From Methanobacterium sp. (GTDB taxonomy: Archaea; Methanobacteriota; Methanobacteria; Methanobacteriales; Methanobacteriaceae), in NCBI GenBank assembly GCA_003166335.1, contig PMWA01000092.1:27951-53908 (forward strand): DNA of 25,958 bases, in the 5' to 3' direction. A model generated the notes under the pieces. That model ran no database searches. It worked only from the letters and a program-made list of their open reading frames with translations, and was not told the origin of the DNA. The position numbers and the translations under genes are program-made. This document shows, one piece after another, positions 1-12,006 of this stretch (its first letter is position 1; every line of letters starts with the position of its first letter).

Positions 1-297
1 CATAGGTGAATTTGAAGTTGATTTAGATTCTTTGAATAGCTGATATGAACGTTGCACATTCATAACGACACTATTGCTGATCTTATGCTCCCGTCTTTCA
101 CATATCTCAGCGATGATTCTCTGTGCATCTCGTAGTAAATAAGACTCGAAAGAGAAAGGATTATTATCTATCTTCCTCATAAGCTTATTAAAATATTTAA
201 AGACATCCGAATAAAAATTTTCCCCAACCGGAGCTAAACCACTTAGATTACGCTCTTTTTTTTGAATTTCTCTTAAATTTTGGAAGAATTCATCCAA
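1..297 (-). CDS. DNA replication complex GINS family protein (Gins51/Gins15-like), N-terminal part; 3' end beyond window
   Basis: Not in the ORF track. Manual translation from TTG at 297: [73 protein letters not shown]..., open to base 1. Contains ER..L..V...FY and RR.KI patterns of the archaeal GINS A-domain. Starts 2 nt after the PCNA stop. Confidence 0.8.
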   Translation of the reverse strand, partial: MDEFFQNLREIQKKERNLSGLAPVGENFYSDVFKYFNKLMRKIDNNPFSFESYLLRDAQRIIAEICERREHKISNSVVMNVQRSYQLFKESKSTSNSPM

Positions 298-299
298 TC

Positions 300-1034
300 C
301 TATTCCTCGCTTTCTATCCTTGGAGCTAAAAGGAAACTTAATTCACCTTCATCCGAGGCCATCTTTAAGGAGAGGTTAAGAGGCATGTCATTTCCCAATC
401 TTAAAACCACAGCTTCTGAAAATTTATCAGCTTTCAACATCTCTTTTATCTTTTCAAGTGAAAATACTGATTTAGCATTATCCTCTATTTTTTCACCGTG
501 TAAATATTCTATAGTGGCATCTCCAAACTCTCCTTCTGCAGATGCTATGAATTTATCTTCATCTACTATGAGTGATATCTTATCAGAAACAATGTCAATA
601 TCCTGAATAGAGTTTTTAAGTAAAGTGAAAGGTATTTCAAATTCTGTGGGATATTCTAATTGGGGAGGGGTGGGGGGCTCATACTCTATATCTATAAGAT
701 GTATTTTAAAAGTACGTCGAGCTTCACCTTCGAAGTTAATAATCAAATTACTCTCATCTACAGCAAGCTCTAACATATCATCTGATTTCCCTCTTTTAAG
801 AACTTTCATTAACTCTTCAGTATCCACATTGATTTTAAGGGGTTCATCGCATGAGTACATATCAAAAACACCGGATTTAAGTTCTAGATGTACAAAAGTG
901 ATGTGAGACCTGTCCAATGCATCGAGTTTCAAGCCCTCAGTATCTGCCTGCATCTGAACTTCATCCACAATGGAAGAAATAGCGTCGAAACTAGTTTTTA
1001 AAATATTAGAATCACTTAAAACTGCTTTAAACAT
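300..1034 (-). CDS. pcn: Proliferating cell nuclear antigen (DNA polymerase sliding clamp)
   Basis: 244 aa acidic protein, MFKAVL...[14 protein letters not shown]...DMPL...FLLAPRIE, typical of archaeal PCNA; AAGGAGG RBS upstream. Confidence 0.97.
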   Translation of the reverse strand: MFKAVLSDSNILKTSFDAISSIVDEVQMQADTEGLKLDALDRSHITFVHLELKSGVFDMYSCDEPLKINVDTEELMKVLKRGKSDDMLELAVDESNLIINFEGEARRTFKIHLIDIEYEPPTPPQLEYPTEFEIPFTLLKNSIQDIDIVSDKISLIVDEDKFIASAEGEFGDATIEYLHGEKIEDNAKSVFSLEKIKEMLKADKFSEAVVLRLGNDMPLNLSLKMASDEGELSFLLAPRIESEE

Positions 1035-1102
1035 TTTATCCTCCTTATACTTTATTTTATTTCTTTTAAATATTCAAACTAATTATTAACTTATTCGACT
1101 TA

Positions 1103-1738
1103 TTAATCGTTATCATTCCCTTCATCTTCTTCAGTCGCACGGTCATCTTCATCTCTCTGAGTATTTCCTTCAAACGTTTCCAATTCACTATATATTGTTT
1201 TAAGAAAAGTTACTTCCCGTAATTTACGAGCAAAAACTGTTGCTATTATGATAGATCCAATTAATACTAGAAGAGCTGAAAACATAGCCCTATCTCCAAA
1301 TATGACATTAGAAGCAACCTGCACCGATGAACCGGTAAATGAAAAAGCCACACCATATAGTATAAGTAAAATTCCAAAAACAAGTGTTATGGCCCTTATT
1401 ATAATATCACTTTTCTTTTTCAGGAATTTCAATGCGTAATAATCTTTTAAACCATTCATAACAGAAACATTATTTTGTCCTTCAGAATTTTGAGATTTAA
1501 CTTTTTCTTGAAGAGTTATAGGAGATGAATTTATAGTTTGCGAATTAGTTTCAAGTTTTTCAGATCCTTGATTCCTTATCTGGTCTGATTTCTCATAATA
1601 ATTCATATCCTTATTTTCCTCAAGTCTTTTCTCATGGAAAATTCTCTTCAAACCTTGAAATAAAGATTGCCCCCAAAATTCCATCTTTTTTTCATAATCC
1701 TTTTTACGGGTATCTTGGGGTGTTTTTGGATCTTTCAT
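1103..1738 (-). CDS. Hypothetical membrane protein (two TM helices, long polar N-terminus, acidic C-terminus)
   Basis: 211 aa ORF co-oriented between tfs and pcn with AGGAG upstream. Hydrophobic segments AITLVFGILLILYGVAFSF and AMFSALLVLIGSIIIATVFA are flanked by basic residues. Confidence 0.75.
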   Translation of the reverse strand: MKDPKTPQDTRKKDYEKKMEFWGQSLFQGLKRIFHEKRLEENKDMNYYEKSDQIRNQGSEKLETNSQTINSSPITLQEKVKSQNSEGQNNVSVMNGLKDYYALKFLKKKSDIIIRAITLVFGILLILYGVAFSFTGSSVQVASNVIFGDRAMFSALLVLIGSIIIATVFARKLREVTFLKTIYSELETFEGNTQRDEDDRATEEDEGNDND

Positions 1739-1792
1739 TCTGACGTTATTCTCCTAAAAATACTTTTCAGAAATATCTTACACTGATACGGT

Positions 1793-2110
1793 CTAATCAT
1801 ATTCTCTCCAAGTATGGCCACAGACAGTGCACCTTAAAAACCTAGTTTCTGATTCATCTGCCCTTCTAGTTTGTTGTAACCACCAGAATGCTAGCTTATT
1901 GTTACATTTGGAGCAAATAGCACGAGTAGTAGGTAAAGTTTTAATCTTATCATCAGTAAATATTATGCTCTCCTTTGCATTTACTTCTTCAGAAACTTTG
2001 TATTTACTGATTAATTCTTTAGTTATTCCCCTGTCGTATCCGCATTTTTTACAATGAAAACGTTTATCATCTGGGAACATAACTGTTCCACATTTGGGGC
2101 AAAATTCCAT
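1793..2110 (-). CDS. tfs: Transcription factor S (TFS, TFIIS-like transcript cleavage factor)
   Basis: MEFCPKC...CKKC N-terminal Zn ribbon; C-terminal ribbon CSKC...[10 protein letters not shown]...CTVC with intact acidic DE hairpin. Start moved to ATG 2110, preceded by AAGGAGG. Confidence 0.95.
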   Translation of the reverse strand: MEFCPKCGTVMFPDDKRFHCKKCGYDRGITKELISKYKVSEEVNAKESIIFTDDKIKTLPTTRAICSKCNNKLAFWWLQQTRRADESETRFLRCTVCGHTWREYD

Positions 2111-2280
2111 GTAAATCCTCCTTAATATAAAATGGTGAATGTACAAAAATTCTAAATATTTTTTTTAATGAACTTTTTGAATTCATATTATTTTATTTTA
2201 GTAGATTTTAGTTAGTTTAATAATTTATTAAATATTAACTTTTAGGGAAATATCATTTTATATTTATTTATCTAAATATT

Positions 2281-2706
2281 TTAAATTAAGTCCAAATGGT
2301 TTAAAGCATCAATAATAATTTTTTTATGGTCAAAAGCTAAATTAAGCTTAAAAATATCGTCTAATTTTAAACAATGTACTTCCATTGCATCAGTGTCCGC
2401 CTTTAAATTTCCTCCTGTTTTCGCGGCCGTAAAACATATTGTTATTACATGTCCTCGAGGATCCCTATTGGGATCTGAATAAACACCGGAAATTTCATTC
2501 AAATCTACGCTAAGACCTGTCTCTTCCGTTACCTCCCTTAAAACTGCTGATTCAACTGTTTCACCATACTCTACAAATCCTCCCGGTAATGCCCAGAATC
2601 CTTTATAAGGAGAATTTTTCCGTTTGATAAGTATTATTGAATCATTATCACATAGTATGACTGCATCTACAGTTAAAAAAGGGTGTTTAATGTTAACCAC
2701 ATCCAT
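2281..2706 (-). CDS. Nudix hydrolase (ADP-ribose pyrophosphatase/MutT-like)
   Basis: Nudix box [24 protein letters not shown] plus RDPRGH and LAFDH motifs. Start uncertain (2718 TTG, 2706 ATG or 2700 GTG). Confidence 0.92.
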   Translation of the reverse strand: MDVVNIKHPFLTVDAVILCDNDSIILIKRKNSPYKGFWALPGGFVEYGETVESAVLREVTEETGLSVDLNEISGVYSDPNRDPRGHVITICFTAAKTGGNLKADTDAMEVHCLKLDDIFKLNLAFDHKKIIIDALNHLDLI

Positions 2707-2814
2707 CAACTTAATCAAAAATTCACATAAAAAATTTTATTATCCAGTTATTCAAAAATATTAAATTTAAATAATTAAAAATAAAAAAATCACAGAGTTA
2801 AAAGTAATTTAATC

Positions 2815-3426
2815 TTAAGCATTCCCCTTTGATTCACCAGTGATTACTCCTGCCGCTATGATATGTGCCGCTCTTAAAGGCTCTGGTATAGCACTACGGG
2901 TGGCGGATAACCTTACTATCGTTTCAGCATCTTCTAAGTCTATGCCACATATCTGAATATATATATCCTCTTTATTCCCATTTTTAATTTTATATATTTC
3001 CCCAGCATCCAAAACATCATTCCATCGGTCTTTCCAGTCTGGAAACCGTTTCAACGCTTGTTCTATTTTTATTAAATTAGGATACTTCCTCATTACCACA
3101 ATAACTGGTATTCCAGTGGCTTCAAAGATCTCTCTAATGTTAGCAACGTTAAAACCGCCGAAAGTGATGCCATCTAACATCATTACTCCAAGCTGATCCT
3201 TATGACGGGTACTGTTCACCATACAAATAATTTGATAGGTGGAATTCCGACCATCTCCCGCAATATATGTTCTAATTACACCATCAAGCCAGTTACCCGC
3301 CCTGAAAACTGTGGCAATTAACATCACAGGTTGAGTGGTGTGTGGTGTGAATGGAGCATCATCCACCCCTAAAATCCTAATCTCTCCCTTTATATTCCTG
3401 AATTTTTTATTAATATTTTCATTCAT
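2815..3426 (-). CDS. DUF99 family protein (endonuclease V-like, putative endonuclease dU)
   Basis: [22 protein letters not shown] and [12 protein letters not shown] motifs typical of DUF99/UPF0215. Confidence 0.88.
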   Translation of the reverse strand: MNENINKKFRNIKGEIRILGVDDAPFTPHTTQPVMLIATVFRAGNWLDGVIRTYIAGDGRNSTYQIICMVNSTRHKDQLGVMMLDGITFGGFNVANIREIFEATGIPVIVVMRKYPNLIKIEQALKRFPDWKDRWNDVLDAGEIYKIKNGNKEDIYIQICGIDLEDAETIVRLSATRSAIPEPLRAAHIIAAGVITGESKGNA

Positions 3427-3437
3427 TTCATTTTTTT

Positions 3438-3710
3438 CTATTTTTCAGAAGATTCAATAGATTCCATTAAACCTTTGAATTCATAACATCTTGATTTCAA
3501 TGTTTCTGCTGCCTTTTTAAGTGATTTACGTGGATTTTTAGCCTTAATATATAATTTAGGTTCTCCAATGATTGGATGATCCACTACATATGCCGCAGCT
3601 TCCACATCTTTATCTTCCATTAGGGTTTTTCTTAATGCATTGCAGAGTGTGTGAGACTCTCCCGTAATCTCTATCTCCAGTTCATTTTTGGTGTCTTTTA
3701 TGATCTTCAT
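3438..3710 (-). CDS. rpoL: DNA-directed RNA polymerase subunit L (Rpo11)
   Basis: 90 aa; [11 protein letters not shown] and YVVDHP motifs of the Rpo11/RPB11 family. Confidence 0.95.
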   Translation of the reverse strand: MKIIKDTKNELEIEITGESHTLCNALRKTLMEDKDVEAAAYVVDHPIIGEPKLYIKAKNPRKSLKKAAETLKSRCYEFKGLMESIESSEK

Positions 3711-3713
3711 TAT

Positions 3714-4283
3714 TCATCCCTCATAGTTTGAAGAAAGTTTTCTTCTCTCTTTTCTTCCGCAATTAGGGCATATTACTTCGCTTTTACTTACTTTCTTCAT
3801 GAAATCTCGGCAATTGGTACACATGGCCTTTATAACTCCCAGTTCATTTTCAACGGTGGTTAAATCCACGTTGTCCAATCCTATAATCTTAGTTACTCTA
3901 GCTTCTACCAGATCTCCAATTCTAAATTCATCGGTTAATTTAGATACGTATCCTCTATCGGCTTGTGAAATGTGTATACCTCCGGAAAATGAAGTGGTGA
4001 GGCTTCTAGTGCTGCCCTTAGCACCCTCAATTTTCATCAAAGCTCTCTGACCTCTGACTTCAGATATCTGTCCAAACACCATTACTCCAATTTTCAAAAG
4101 TGATGGGGAGTTAGTTTTTGGTATTATAGATATTTTCTTATTTTTATTGTCTACTTGGACTGTTCCGGCTACTAAAGATCTTATTTTTCCATCATCCTCA
4201 TAAGTCCAGTCAGCTGGGACAAATTCTTCTGTAACTCCCAGAGGATCCCCTGGAAGAACAAAATTTCCAGATTTAGTTTTCAT
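3714..4283 (-). CDS. csl4: Exosome complex RNA-binding protein Csl4
   Basis: VLPGD.LG..EEF N-domain, S1 domain (FRIGDLVEARV), C-terminal Zn ribbon CTNC...CPNC...ERRKLS; GAGGTG RBS. Confidence 0.95.
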   Translation of the reverse strand: MKTKSGNFVLPGDPLGVTEEFVPADWTYEDDGKIRSLVAGTVQVDNKNKKISIIPKTNSPSLLKIGVMVFGQISEVRGQRALMKIEGAKGSTRSLTTSFSGGIHISQADRGYVSKLTDEFRIGDLVEARVTKIIGLDNVDLTTVENELGVIKAMCTNCRDFMKKVSKSEVICPNCGRKERRKLSSNYEG

Positions 4284-4430
4284 TCATTACACCTCAACTT
4301 TAAAAAAAGTTTTATTTTAGTAATCCTAAACTGATGTTAAATTTTTTTAAATATCCTATTCTATAATATTTAGGTTAAATAATTTTTTTTCTTTAATTTG
4401 GGCATTTTAAATTCTATTTAAACAGCTTTT

Positions 4431-5435
4431 TTATTGGTTTATTTTAACATATTTAATTTCATCTAATTTGTAATCTTCCCATCTCTTCGTATCAAGGACA
4501 ATCAAAAGTTCTTCTGGAGTTAATAATGGTTTTTTATACATATTAGCATCGTCTATGGCTATTCTAGGACATGCAGTCACTAAAAATGCGTCTAAATCCA
4601 TAAAAGGTATTAAAAGTTCAGGAGAAATATGATCCATGAGTATAATATATGCTTCTTTTCCTTCTTTATGAATCATGCTTTTTAAATTTTTTGCAAGTTC
4701 CATACGCAACTGACCTTTCTTGGAAGAAACTATGATTCCAAATCTTTTCGCTTCCCTAGCTTTAGTTATCCTCGCGAATCTTATTCTTAGGATTCTATCT
4801 GCAAATTTATCAATATTTCTTGCCTCATTTCGGTAAGGATCAGCTATAATAACTGGTTTATGAGTGGAAAGTTTAATTCCCAGAGGATGGAAGTTCCCGC
4901 TTCCCACATATAGAAACACATCAACGGGTAGCTCTTCAACTGCTGAAAAATTACATCCCAGTACTTGGGCTTTTCTGGTTCCTTGCCCTTGTTTCATTAT
5001 TACTGTTTTACCTTCATGTTCTAGAAAATCTGCTGCTTCCTCTAAAATATGAAGATGTTGAGTTGTGGTAACTAAACCGATAATTTTATAGTTTTCCAGA
5101 AGATTTAAGGCCTCTTTAATTGCAGGTATGACATCTAGCTGGAATTGGGCTTCAACGAAAAGCATATGCACATCATATTCCAATGGGAGGGGTGAATGTC
5201 CGAAATGAACCAATAAATCTACCATGCCTTTCATACTCGCATCTGAAACATCACACGCACCAAAACTAGGATCACCAGATATTATGACATCTGCACCCGT
5301 TTCATCCTCTATTCGTCTAGCAACAGATGTAGCATAGACTTTAAGACCTTCTGGAAACTGTAATCCCACGGAATGTGCATTTATGTTCTTTATTTCTTCA
5401 ATGATATTGTTTACTTTGAGTTGATATTTTGACAT
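4431..5435 (-). CDS. dph2: Diphthamide biosynthesis enzyme Dph2 (2-(3-amino-3-carboxypropyl)histidine synthase)
   Basis: LQFPEGL and HFGH motifs and the three Fe-S ligand motifs GACD, VLGC and ACPR. Confidence 0.95.
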   Translation of the reverse strand: MSKYQLKVNNIIEEIKNINAHSVGLQFPEGLKVYATSVARRIEDETGADVIISGDPSFGACDVSDASMKGMVDLLVHFGHSPLPLEYDVHMLFVEAQFQLDVIPAIKEALNLLENYKIIGLVTTTQHLHILEEAADFLEHEGKTVIMKQGQGTRKAQVLGCNFSAVEELPVDVFLYVGSGNFHPLGIKLSTHKPVIIADPYRNEARNIDKFADRILRIRFARITKAREAKRFGIIVSSKKGQLRMELAKNLKSMIHKEGKEAYIILMDHISPELLIPFMDLDAFLVTACPRIAIDDANMYKKPLLTPEELLIVLDTKRWEDYKLDEIKYVKINQ

Positions 5436-5529
5436 GATAAATTTTAATCTTCTAAAATAATTTTTGATTAATAAAAATTAAATAACTGTATTTATAATAT
5501 AAAATGATTAGTTATTAATATATAAAAAA

Positions 5530-6093
5530 CTAAATTTCTCCTTCTATTACCACCTTATTATCTTTTACATTTACTTTAAGTAACGATTTAATTTTTAATC
5601 CTGTTTCTCTCTCCACGATACTTTTTCCTTCTCCCTTCTCTATAACTACTATTACATCCATAACTTCAGCACCTATACTTTTAAGGGCATTTAAAACAGC
5701 AATCAGAGTACCACCTGTGCTAACCACATCATCCACAAGAATTACTCGTTCTCCTCTCTTTATTCCATTTATATAAAGCTTTCCATCACTGTAACCTGTT
5801 ATTTGGTGAACATCTACTTCTCCTTCCAATCCATACGTGCGTTTTCTCACCACTACAAAGGGTATTCCAGTCTTTATTGATAATGCTGTGGCTATAGGGA
5901 TTCCCATTGCCTCAATACATACTATTTTATCCATATCAAGATTTATAAATTTAGAAATAACTTCTACAACCTCTTCAATAAGATTGGGTTCAACTAGAGG
6001 AACACCATCAGTTATAGGGTGCACAAAATAATTATAGTCCCCTTTTTTTACAATCGGAGCCTTTAATAAACTTTCTTTAAGATTTTCAAGCAT
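5530..6093 (-). CDS. hpt: Hypoxanthine/guanine phosphoribosyltransferase (archaeal Hpt, APRT-like)
   Basis: [14 protein letters not shown]-terminal motif and PRPP-binding loop [10 protein letters not shown]. Confidence 0.88.
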   Translation of the reverse strand: MLENLKESLLKAPIVKKGDYNYFVHPITDGVPLVEPNLIEEVVEVISKFINLDMDKIVCIEAMGIPIATALSIKTGIPFVVVRKRTYGLEGEVDVHQITGYSDGKLYINGIKRGERVILVDDVVSTGGTLIAVLNALKSIGAEVMDVIVVIEKGEGKSIVERETGLKIKSLLKVNVKDNKVVIEGEI

Positions 6094-6427
6094 TATATCA
6101 CATCAAAAAATAACAGATTCTAAAAGTGGATTTTCCAAATTATATTATAAATTTAAGCCATTTAAATAATTAAAGTACACAATAATAATTTAAAAAAGTT
6201 TTAAAAAATTATTATTTAAAAAAGCTTTTAACATTATAAACTTTATTATATTTATTATAAAATACATATATATAAATTAAATATATTTAATCATTAATTT
6301 ATTATTACGCTTACTGAAAATAATATTACAATAGAAACTATTTTAAAATAAAATTTAACATTTATTTTCCTTATGGTTAAATGAAATATTTTTTTATAAA
6401 AATTTTTTATAAACAGGTGAAAGAACA

Positions 6428-7759
<1,332 letters not shown>

Positions 7760-7820
7760 CATTAATAAAATTTTAATTCTAAAATATAGAAGAAACCTGA
7801 ATTAACATCATTAAACATTT

Positions 7821-7880
7821 ATTTATTTTTTTAATTAGTTCTAGATTTCCAAGAATTAATAAAAGATTCTTTTTTTGTTT
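7821..7880 (+). terminator. Candidate oligo-T archaeal terminator(s) after srp54
   Basis: T-runs at about 7822-7832 and 7868-7880 downstream of the stop. Weak evidence in an AT-rich background. Confidence 0.3.
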
Positions 7881-7907
7881 GTAGAATACTTAATTGATTA
7901 AAATAAG

Positions 7908-9173
7908 ATGATATTCATGAATAATAAAGTAATAAATACTATAATCCTGGAAAAAGCCCTTAAAGTTAGAGAAATAACCGGTAGTACGTTATGTACCCGT
8001 TGCTGGGGCAGAATTTTCTCTCAAGATATTGAAGGCACTAATAATCATGAAAGGGGAGAATATATAAAGCAAATACTAGCGAAAAATATTTGCGAGAATG
8101 ATAACTTAATTAATGATTATTGTTATATATGCGATAATATATTCCAATTCATAGAGAAGGGACTTCTAAATGATATAAAAAAATATTTAGAGAATTCTGA
8201 AATTGAATTTTCCACATTTCTGGTGGGATGTCGCGTACCAGCTGAAATTATCCAAAAAGAAGATTACATATATAGTAAACTAGAGGATGAACCTGAAAGT
8301 ATTAAAAAAGAAATTAATCGGGAGATTGGTAAATTTTTATCTTTACAAATGGGTAATGAAGTTGACTTTGATAATCCAAATTTAGTGATAATGGTCGATT
8401 TCAATACAAATATGACTCCTAATTTAGAAATCCAATTAAATCCCTTATTTGTTGAAGGTCGTTATAGGAAGCTGATTAGGGGAATTCCTCAGACTAAATG
8501 GCCGTGCCGCAAGTGTAAGGGTAAAGGATGTGAATACTGTAATTACACTGGTAAATTATATATGGAATCTGTTGAAGAATTAATCTCTCCACAAATAATT
8601 AAAGAAGTTAAGGGTACTGAATCCAAGTTTCATGGTGCGGGTAGGGAAGATATAGATGTTAGAATGTTAGGTAACGGCCGGCCATTTGTAGTGGAGATCA
8701 AAGAACCCCAGAAACGGACTCTAAACTTAAAAGAACTGGAAAATAAAATTAATTTGTATGCTGCAGGTAAAGTAGAGGTTTCAAATTTAAAGTTAGTGGG
8801 TAAAGAAAGACGCAGCCAAATAAAGACTTCATCTACAAGCACCTACAAAGTGTACCGAGCAATAGTTGATCTAGATAAAGAAACTTCCAATGATGATTTA
8901 AAAATTCTAAGCTCCTTAGATGTAATAGAACAACGCACTCCTCTTAGAGTATCTCATAGAAGAGCGGATTTAATACGAAAACGTAGAGTGAGAGATTTAA
9001 AAGTTAAAAAACTGGATCAAGAGAGATTGGAATTGATAATTGAATGTGAAGGGGGTTTGTATATTAAAGAACTTATATCAGGTGATGAATATAGAACCCA
9101 ACCTAGTGTATCTTCATTACTTCAAAATCCTGCTAGATGTGTGGAGTTAGATGTTCTTGATGTCCAAAACTGA
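7908..9173 (+). CDS. pus10: tRNA pseudouridine(54/55) synthase Pus10
   Basis: N-terminal CTRC/CYIC Zn site, THUMP-like region, GRYRKLIRGIPQT, catalytic FHGAGREDIDVRMLG, QRTPLRV and GGLYIKELISGD. Start may be 7917. Confidence 0.95.
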   Translation: MIFMNNKVINTIILEKALKVREITGSTLCTRCWGRIFSQDIEGTNNHERGEYIKQILAKNICENDNLINDYCYICDNIFQFIEKGLLNDIKKYLENSEIEFSTFLVGCRVPAEIIQKEDYIYSKLEDEPESIKKEINREIGKFLSLQMGNEVDFDNPNLVIMVDFNTNMTPNLEIQLNPLFVEGRYRKLIRGIPQTKWPCRKCKGKGCEYCNYTGKLYMESVEELISPQIIKEVKGTESKFHGAGREDIDVRMLGNGRPFVVEIKEPQKRTLNLKELENKINLYAAGKVEVSNLKLVGKERRSQIKTSSTSTYKVYRAIVDLDKETSNDDLKILSSLDVIEQRTPLRVSHRRADLIRKRRVRDLKVKKLDQERLELIIECEGGLYIKELISGDEYRTQPSVSSLLQNPARCVELDVLDVQN

Positions 9174-9561
9174 GTTTCTCTTAAATTTCATTAAATAATG
9201 AAGTTTATAATAAAAATAATGTTTTAGGATCACATAATTTATACAAAATAGTTTATAGATAGTATTATAAACATCATTAATAGAAATATTTTTTAATATG
9301 AATATAATCAAATTGTTATAATTGAATTAAATTTGAACTAATATTATGGAGATTTACGTTATAAACTTCTTCAATTAAGATATTCTATTCATAACGGATT
9401 TTATTTAGTTCGCTAAGTATTTTGAATAAAAATAAAAAATAAATTCAATAAAAATATTTTAATTAGAATATGTTGAATTTAGTTAATTTAATTCAATCAG
9501 TTTCAAGTTTTAGCAAATATTTATCAAACTTTTTTTAAGTTAAAATGGAGGTTTAAAAAAA

Positions 9562-9852
9562 ATGAGAAGATCAAGAGGTTTTAAAAGCAAAACACGTTAC
9601 AAACTCAAAAAGACAATAAGGGTAGGTAGAACAAACCCCATAACTAAGCGGATACAGACTTTTGATGAAAATGATCTGGTTCATATCATAATAGATCCTA
9701 GTAGTCATAAAGGTCAACCCCACCCACGATTCCATGGAAGAACTGGTAAAATAGCTGACAAACGTGGCCAAGCATACATAGTAGAAATTAATGACGGCAA
9801 CAAGGCTAAAAAATTGATTGTAAGACCAGAACATCTTAAAATACAAGAGTGA
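9562..9852 (+). CDS. rpl21e: 50S ribosomal protein L21e
   Basis: [22 protein letters not shown] and VRPEHL motifs; GGAGGT RBS. Confidence 0.97.
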   Translation: MRRSRGFKSKTRYKLKKTIRVGRTNPITKRIQTFDENDLVHIIIDPSSHKGQPHPRFHGRTGKIADKRGQAYIVEINDGNKAKKLIVRPEHLKIQE

Positions 9853-9857
9853 TAATG

Positions 9858-10199
9858 ATGATTGGAAAGAAAATTATTGAAACCGATCCCGTCACCATTC
9901 CAGAAATTAAAGAAATGTTAGAGAAACGTCAAGAAGCTCATGAGTTAACTTATGAGCAAAATTTAGTTTTAGATCATGCGATTAAGTTTGCAAAGCTGGA
10001 TTCTGAAACCGCTCATAAGTTGGTGGATGAACTTGCGGATATAGTCAAAAAAACCCAAGCTGTTAAATTAACAGATATAATGCCTAAGGATATGTCAGAT
10101 ATGAGGCTCATGTTTGCTAAAGAAAGAGGTTCTCATAAAAAAGAAGAATTAGAACAGTTATTAGAAATAATAAACCAACACCGTGAAGAAGAAGTATAA
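9858..10199 (+). CDS. rpoF: DNA-directed RNA polymerase subunit F (Rpo4)
   Basis: MIGKKIIE...ELTYEQ...AVKLTDIMP pattern of Rpo4; directly follows rpl21e. Start is 9858 or 9855 rather than GTG 9849. Confidence 0.93.
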   Translation: MIGKKIIETDPVTIPEIKEMLEKRQEAHELTYEQNLVLDHAIKFAKLDSETAHKLVDELADIVKKTQAVKLTDIMPKDMSDMRLMFAKERGSHKKEELEQLLEIINQHREEEV

Positions 10200-10337
10200 A
10201 AATTTAAATTTTTAGCAAACTTAAGTCCGTGACTGAAATTTAATTAATTAAATTAATGCTATAATTGTCCACAAATTTGAAAAATAATAAAATTTAGTTG
10301 AATATTTCAGAATTAATTAATTAAAATCGGTGGTTAA

Positions 10338-10934
10338 ATGGAAGATTATGCGATTATTTTGGATTATCTTCCTTTAGGTTATGTAAAGGAAGGATCATCT
10401 TCATTTAAAAGAAAACCTGTAGCTCAAGCTATAGGTATAGTAGAGTTTACTCTTCTAGAACTTACTCCCCAAGAAAAAGTTAACCTAGACATACATGAAA
10501 AGGTTTACATTGGAGCGGGAAAACGGGATAAAATAGCACGGGTGAACGGCAGACTTAAATACGATAAACTTACTTCCACCGCCAGGGTAGAATTGAATTA
10601 TGTAATAGAAGAGATTATAAAGGAACATGAGGATAAATACGTCCAATTTTTCAATGAAGCAGGTTCCATTTCAACTAGACTTCATCAAATAGAACTTTTA
10701 CCGGGTATTGGAAAAAAACATATGTGGGATATTTTAAAGGCACGTAAAGAGAAAAAATTTGAGAGCTTTAAGGATATTAAAGAGAGAGTACCCATGCTAG
10801 CAGATCCTGTTAAGCTTATTTCCAAACGCATACTAATGGAACTCGAAGGAAACATTGATAAAAAGGGTAAAAGGAAGTACATACTCTTCACTAGACCTCC
10901 AAAAAAAGAAAAACCTGATCATCCCCGATTTTAA
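10338..10934 (+). CDS. DUF655 family putative nucleic-acid-binding protein (OB-like + HhH)
   Basis: MEDYAIILDYLP, AQAIG...FTLLEL, FFNEAGSISTRLH and HhH motif LLPGIGKK; conserved position after rpoF; GGTGG RBS. Confidence 0.9.
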   Translation: MEDYAIILDYLPLGYVKEGSSSFKRKPVAQAIGIVEFTLLELTPQEKVNLDIHEKVYIGAGKRDKIARVNGRLKYDKLTSTARVELNYVIEEIIKEHEDKYVQFFNEAGSISTRLHQIELLPGIGKKHMWDILKARKEKKFESFKDIKERVPMLADPVKLISKRILMELEGNIDKKGKRKYILFTRPPKKEKPDHPRF

Positions 10935-11029
10935 AGCATTGGATCACGATAAAAATTGAAAATATAAAATAATTCTTGAAATATTTAATTGAGAATTAAA
11001 TTTTTTTTTGACCAGTTAAGAGTTTATAA

Positions 11030-11857
11030 ATGTTAGCGGATACTCTAAAAATATTGAGAGCAAATAATGTAAGGCTGAATAAAAGAAAAGGCCAAAATTA
11101 TTTGATAAATACTCAAATACTATTTAAAATCTTTAATAATGCAAATATATCTCAGAAAGATACTATTCTGGAAATCGGTCCGGGTATTGGAACTTTAACA
11201 ATACCATTAGCTAAAATGGCTGGTAAAGTTGTAGCCGTGGAGCAAGACAAAAAAATAGCAGAGATATTAAAAAAAAGACTCAATAGTCTTCACATATCCA
11301 ATGTAGAAGTTATAATAGGTGATGCTGTTAAAATAAAGCTTCCACCATTTAATAAAGTAATTTCAAATCTGCCTTACCAGATATCCTCACCTATAACTTT
11401 CAAACTACTTAAAGAGAAGTTTGATTATGGAATATTGATGTATCAACTAGAATTTGCAGAAAGGATGATAGCAAAGCCAGGTAATACTAATTATTCTCGT
11501 CTTTCAGTTATGTTATATGTATGTTCAGATGTAGAATTTCTTTTCAAAGTTTCAATGAATTCTTTTTTTCCTAAACCACAAGTATCTTCAGCTGTAATCA
11601 AATTAACTCCTAATCCTAAATTAAATATTGATGAATTCTTTTTAAATACATCTAAAGCACTTTTCCAGCATAAAAAGAAAAAAGTTCGTAATGCTCTTAT
11701 TGACTCTTTCCATGAAATATCTGATATGGATAAAAATATTGTTAAAGACCTTGTTTCACATTTAGATGAAAGATTGATGAACGAGAGAGTCATGAAATTA
11801 ACACCAGAAGAAATTATGGTAATTTCCAATCAATTAAAGTATTTAATGAATATGTAA
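11030..11857 (+). CDS. rsmA: 16S rRNA adenine dimethyltransferase KsgA/RsmA
   Basis: GQNYL, LEIGPGIGTLT, SNLPYQISSP, MYQLEFAERM, YSRLSV and FFPKPQVSS motifs. Confidence 0.96.
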   Translation: MLADTLKILRANNVRLNKRKGQNYLINTQILFKIFNNANISQKDTILEIGPGIGTLTIPLAKMAGKVVAVEQDKKIAEILKKRLNSLHISNVEVIIGDAVKIKLPPFNKVISNLPYQISSPITFKLLKEKFDYGILMYQLEFAERMIAKPGNTNYSRLSVMLYVCSDVEFLFKVSMNSFFPKPQVSSAVIKLTPNPKLNIDEFFLNTSKALFQHKKKKVRNALIDSFHEISDMDKNIVKDLVSHLDERLMNERVMKLTPEEIMVISNQLKYLMNM

Positions 11858-12006
11858 TTATGTTAAATAAACTGAAGATGAGTTTATATGATCACCCTAA
11901 GATTGTATATTTTTAAGAATGGAAAAGTGCAAAATTAAATGTTTAAATGAATTTAATGAGTATTAACTCTTAATTAAAAATTATTTTTTTTAGGATGAAT
12001 ATAAAA

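Noticed and set aside
5255..5280. Dph2 has GDPSFGACD where many homologues have a Cys in the PC position
   Set aside because: The three cluster-ligand Cys motifs (GACD, LGC, ACPR) are intact, so this is not evidence of inactivation.
6094..6427. AT-rich gap as a possible replication origin or SRP RNA locus
   Set aside because: No ORB-like G-string repeats, no cdc6 nearby and no GC-rich RNA; consistent with a divergent hpt/srp54 promoter.
9174..9561. 388-bp intergenic gap before rpl21e as a possible ncRNA or small gene; includes a TTGAATT/AATTCAA inverted repeat at 9473-9496 and a 10-codon ORF
   Set aside because: Extremely AT-rich with no GC-rich stems or tRNA/SRP features; the inverted repeat is expected by chance. 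Best explained as promoter/leader DNA.
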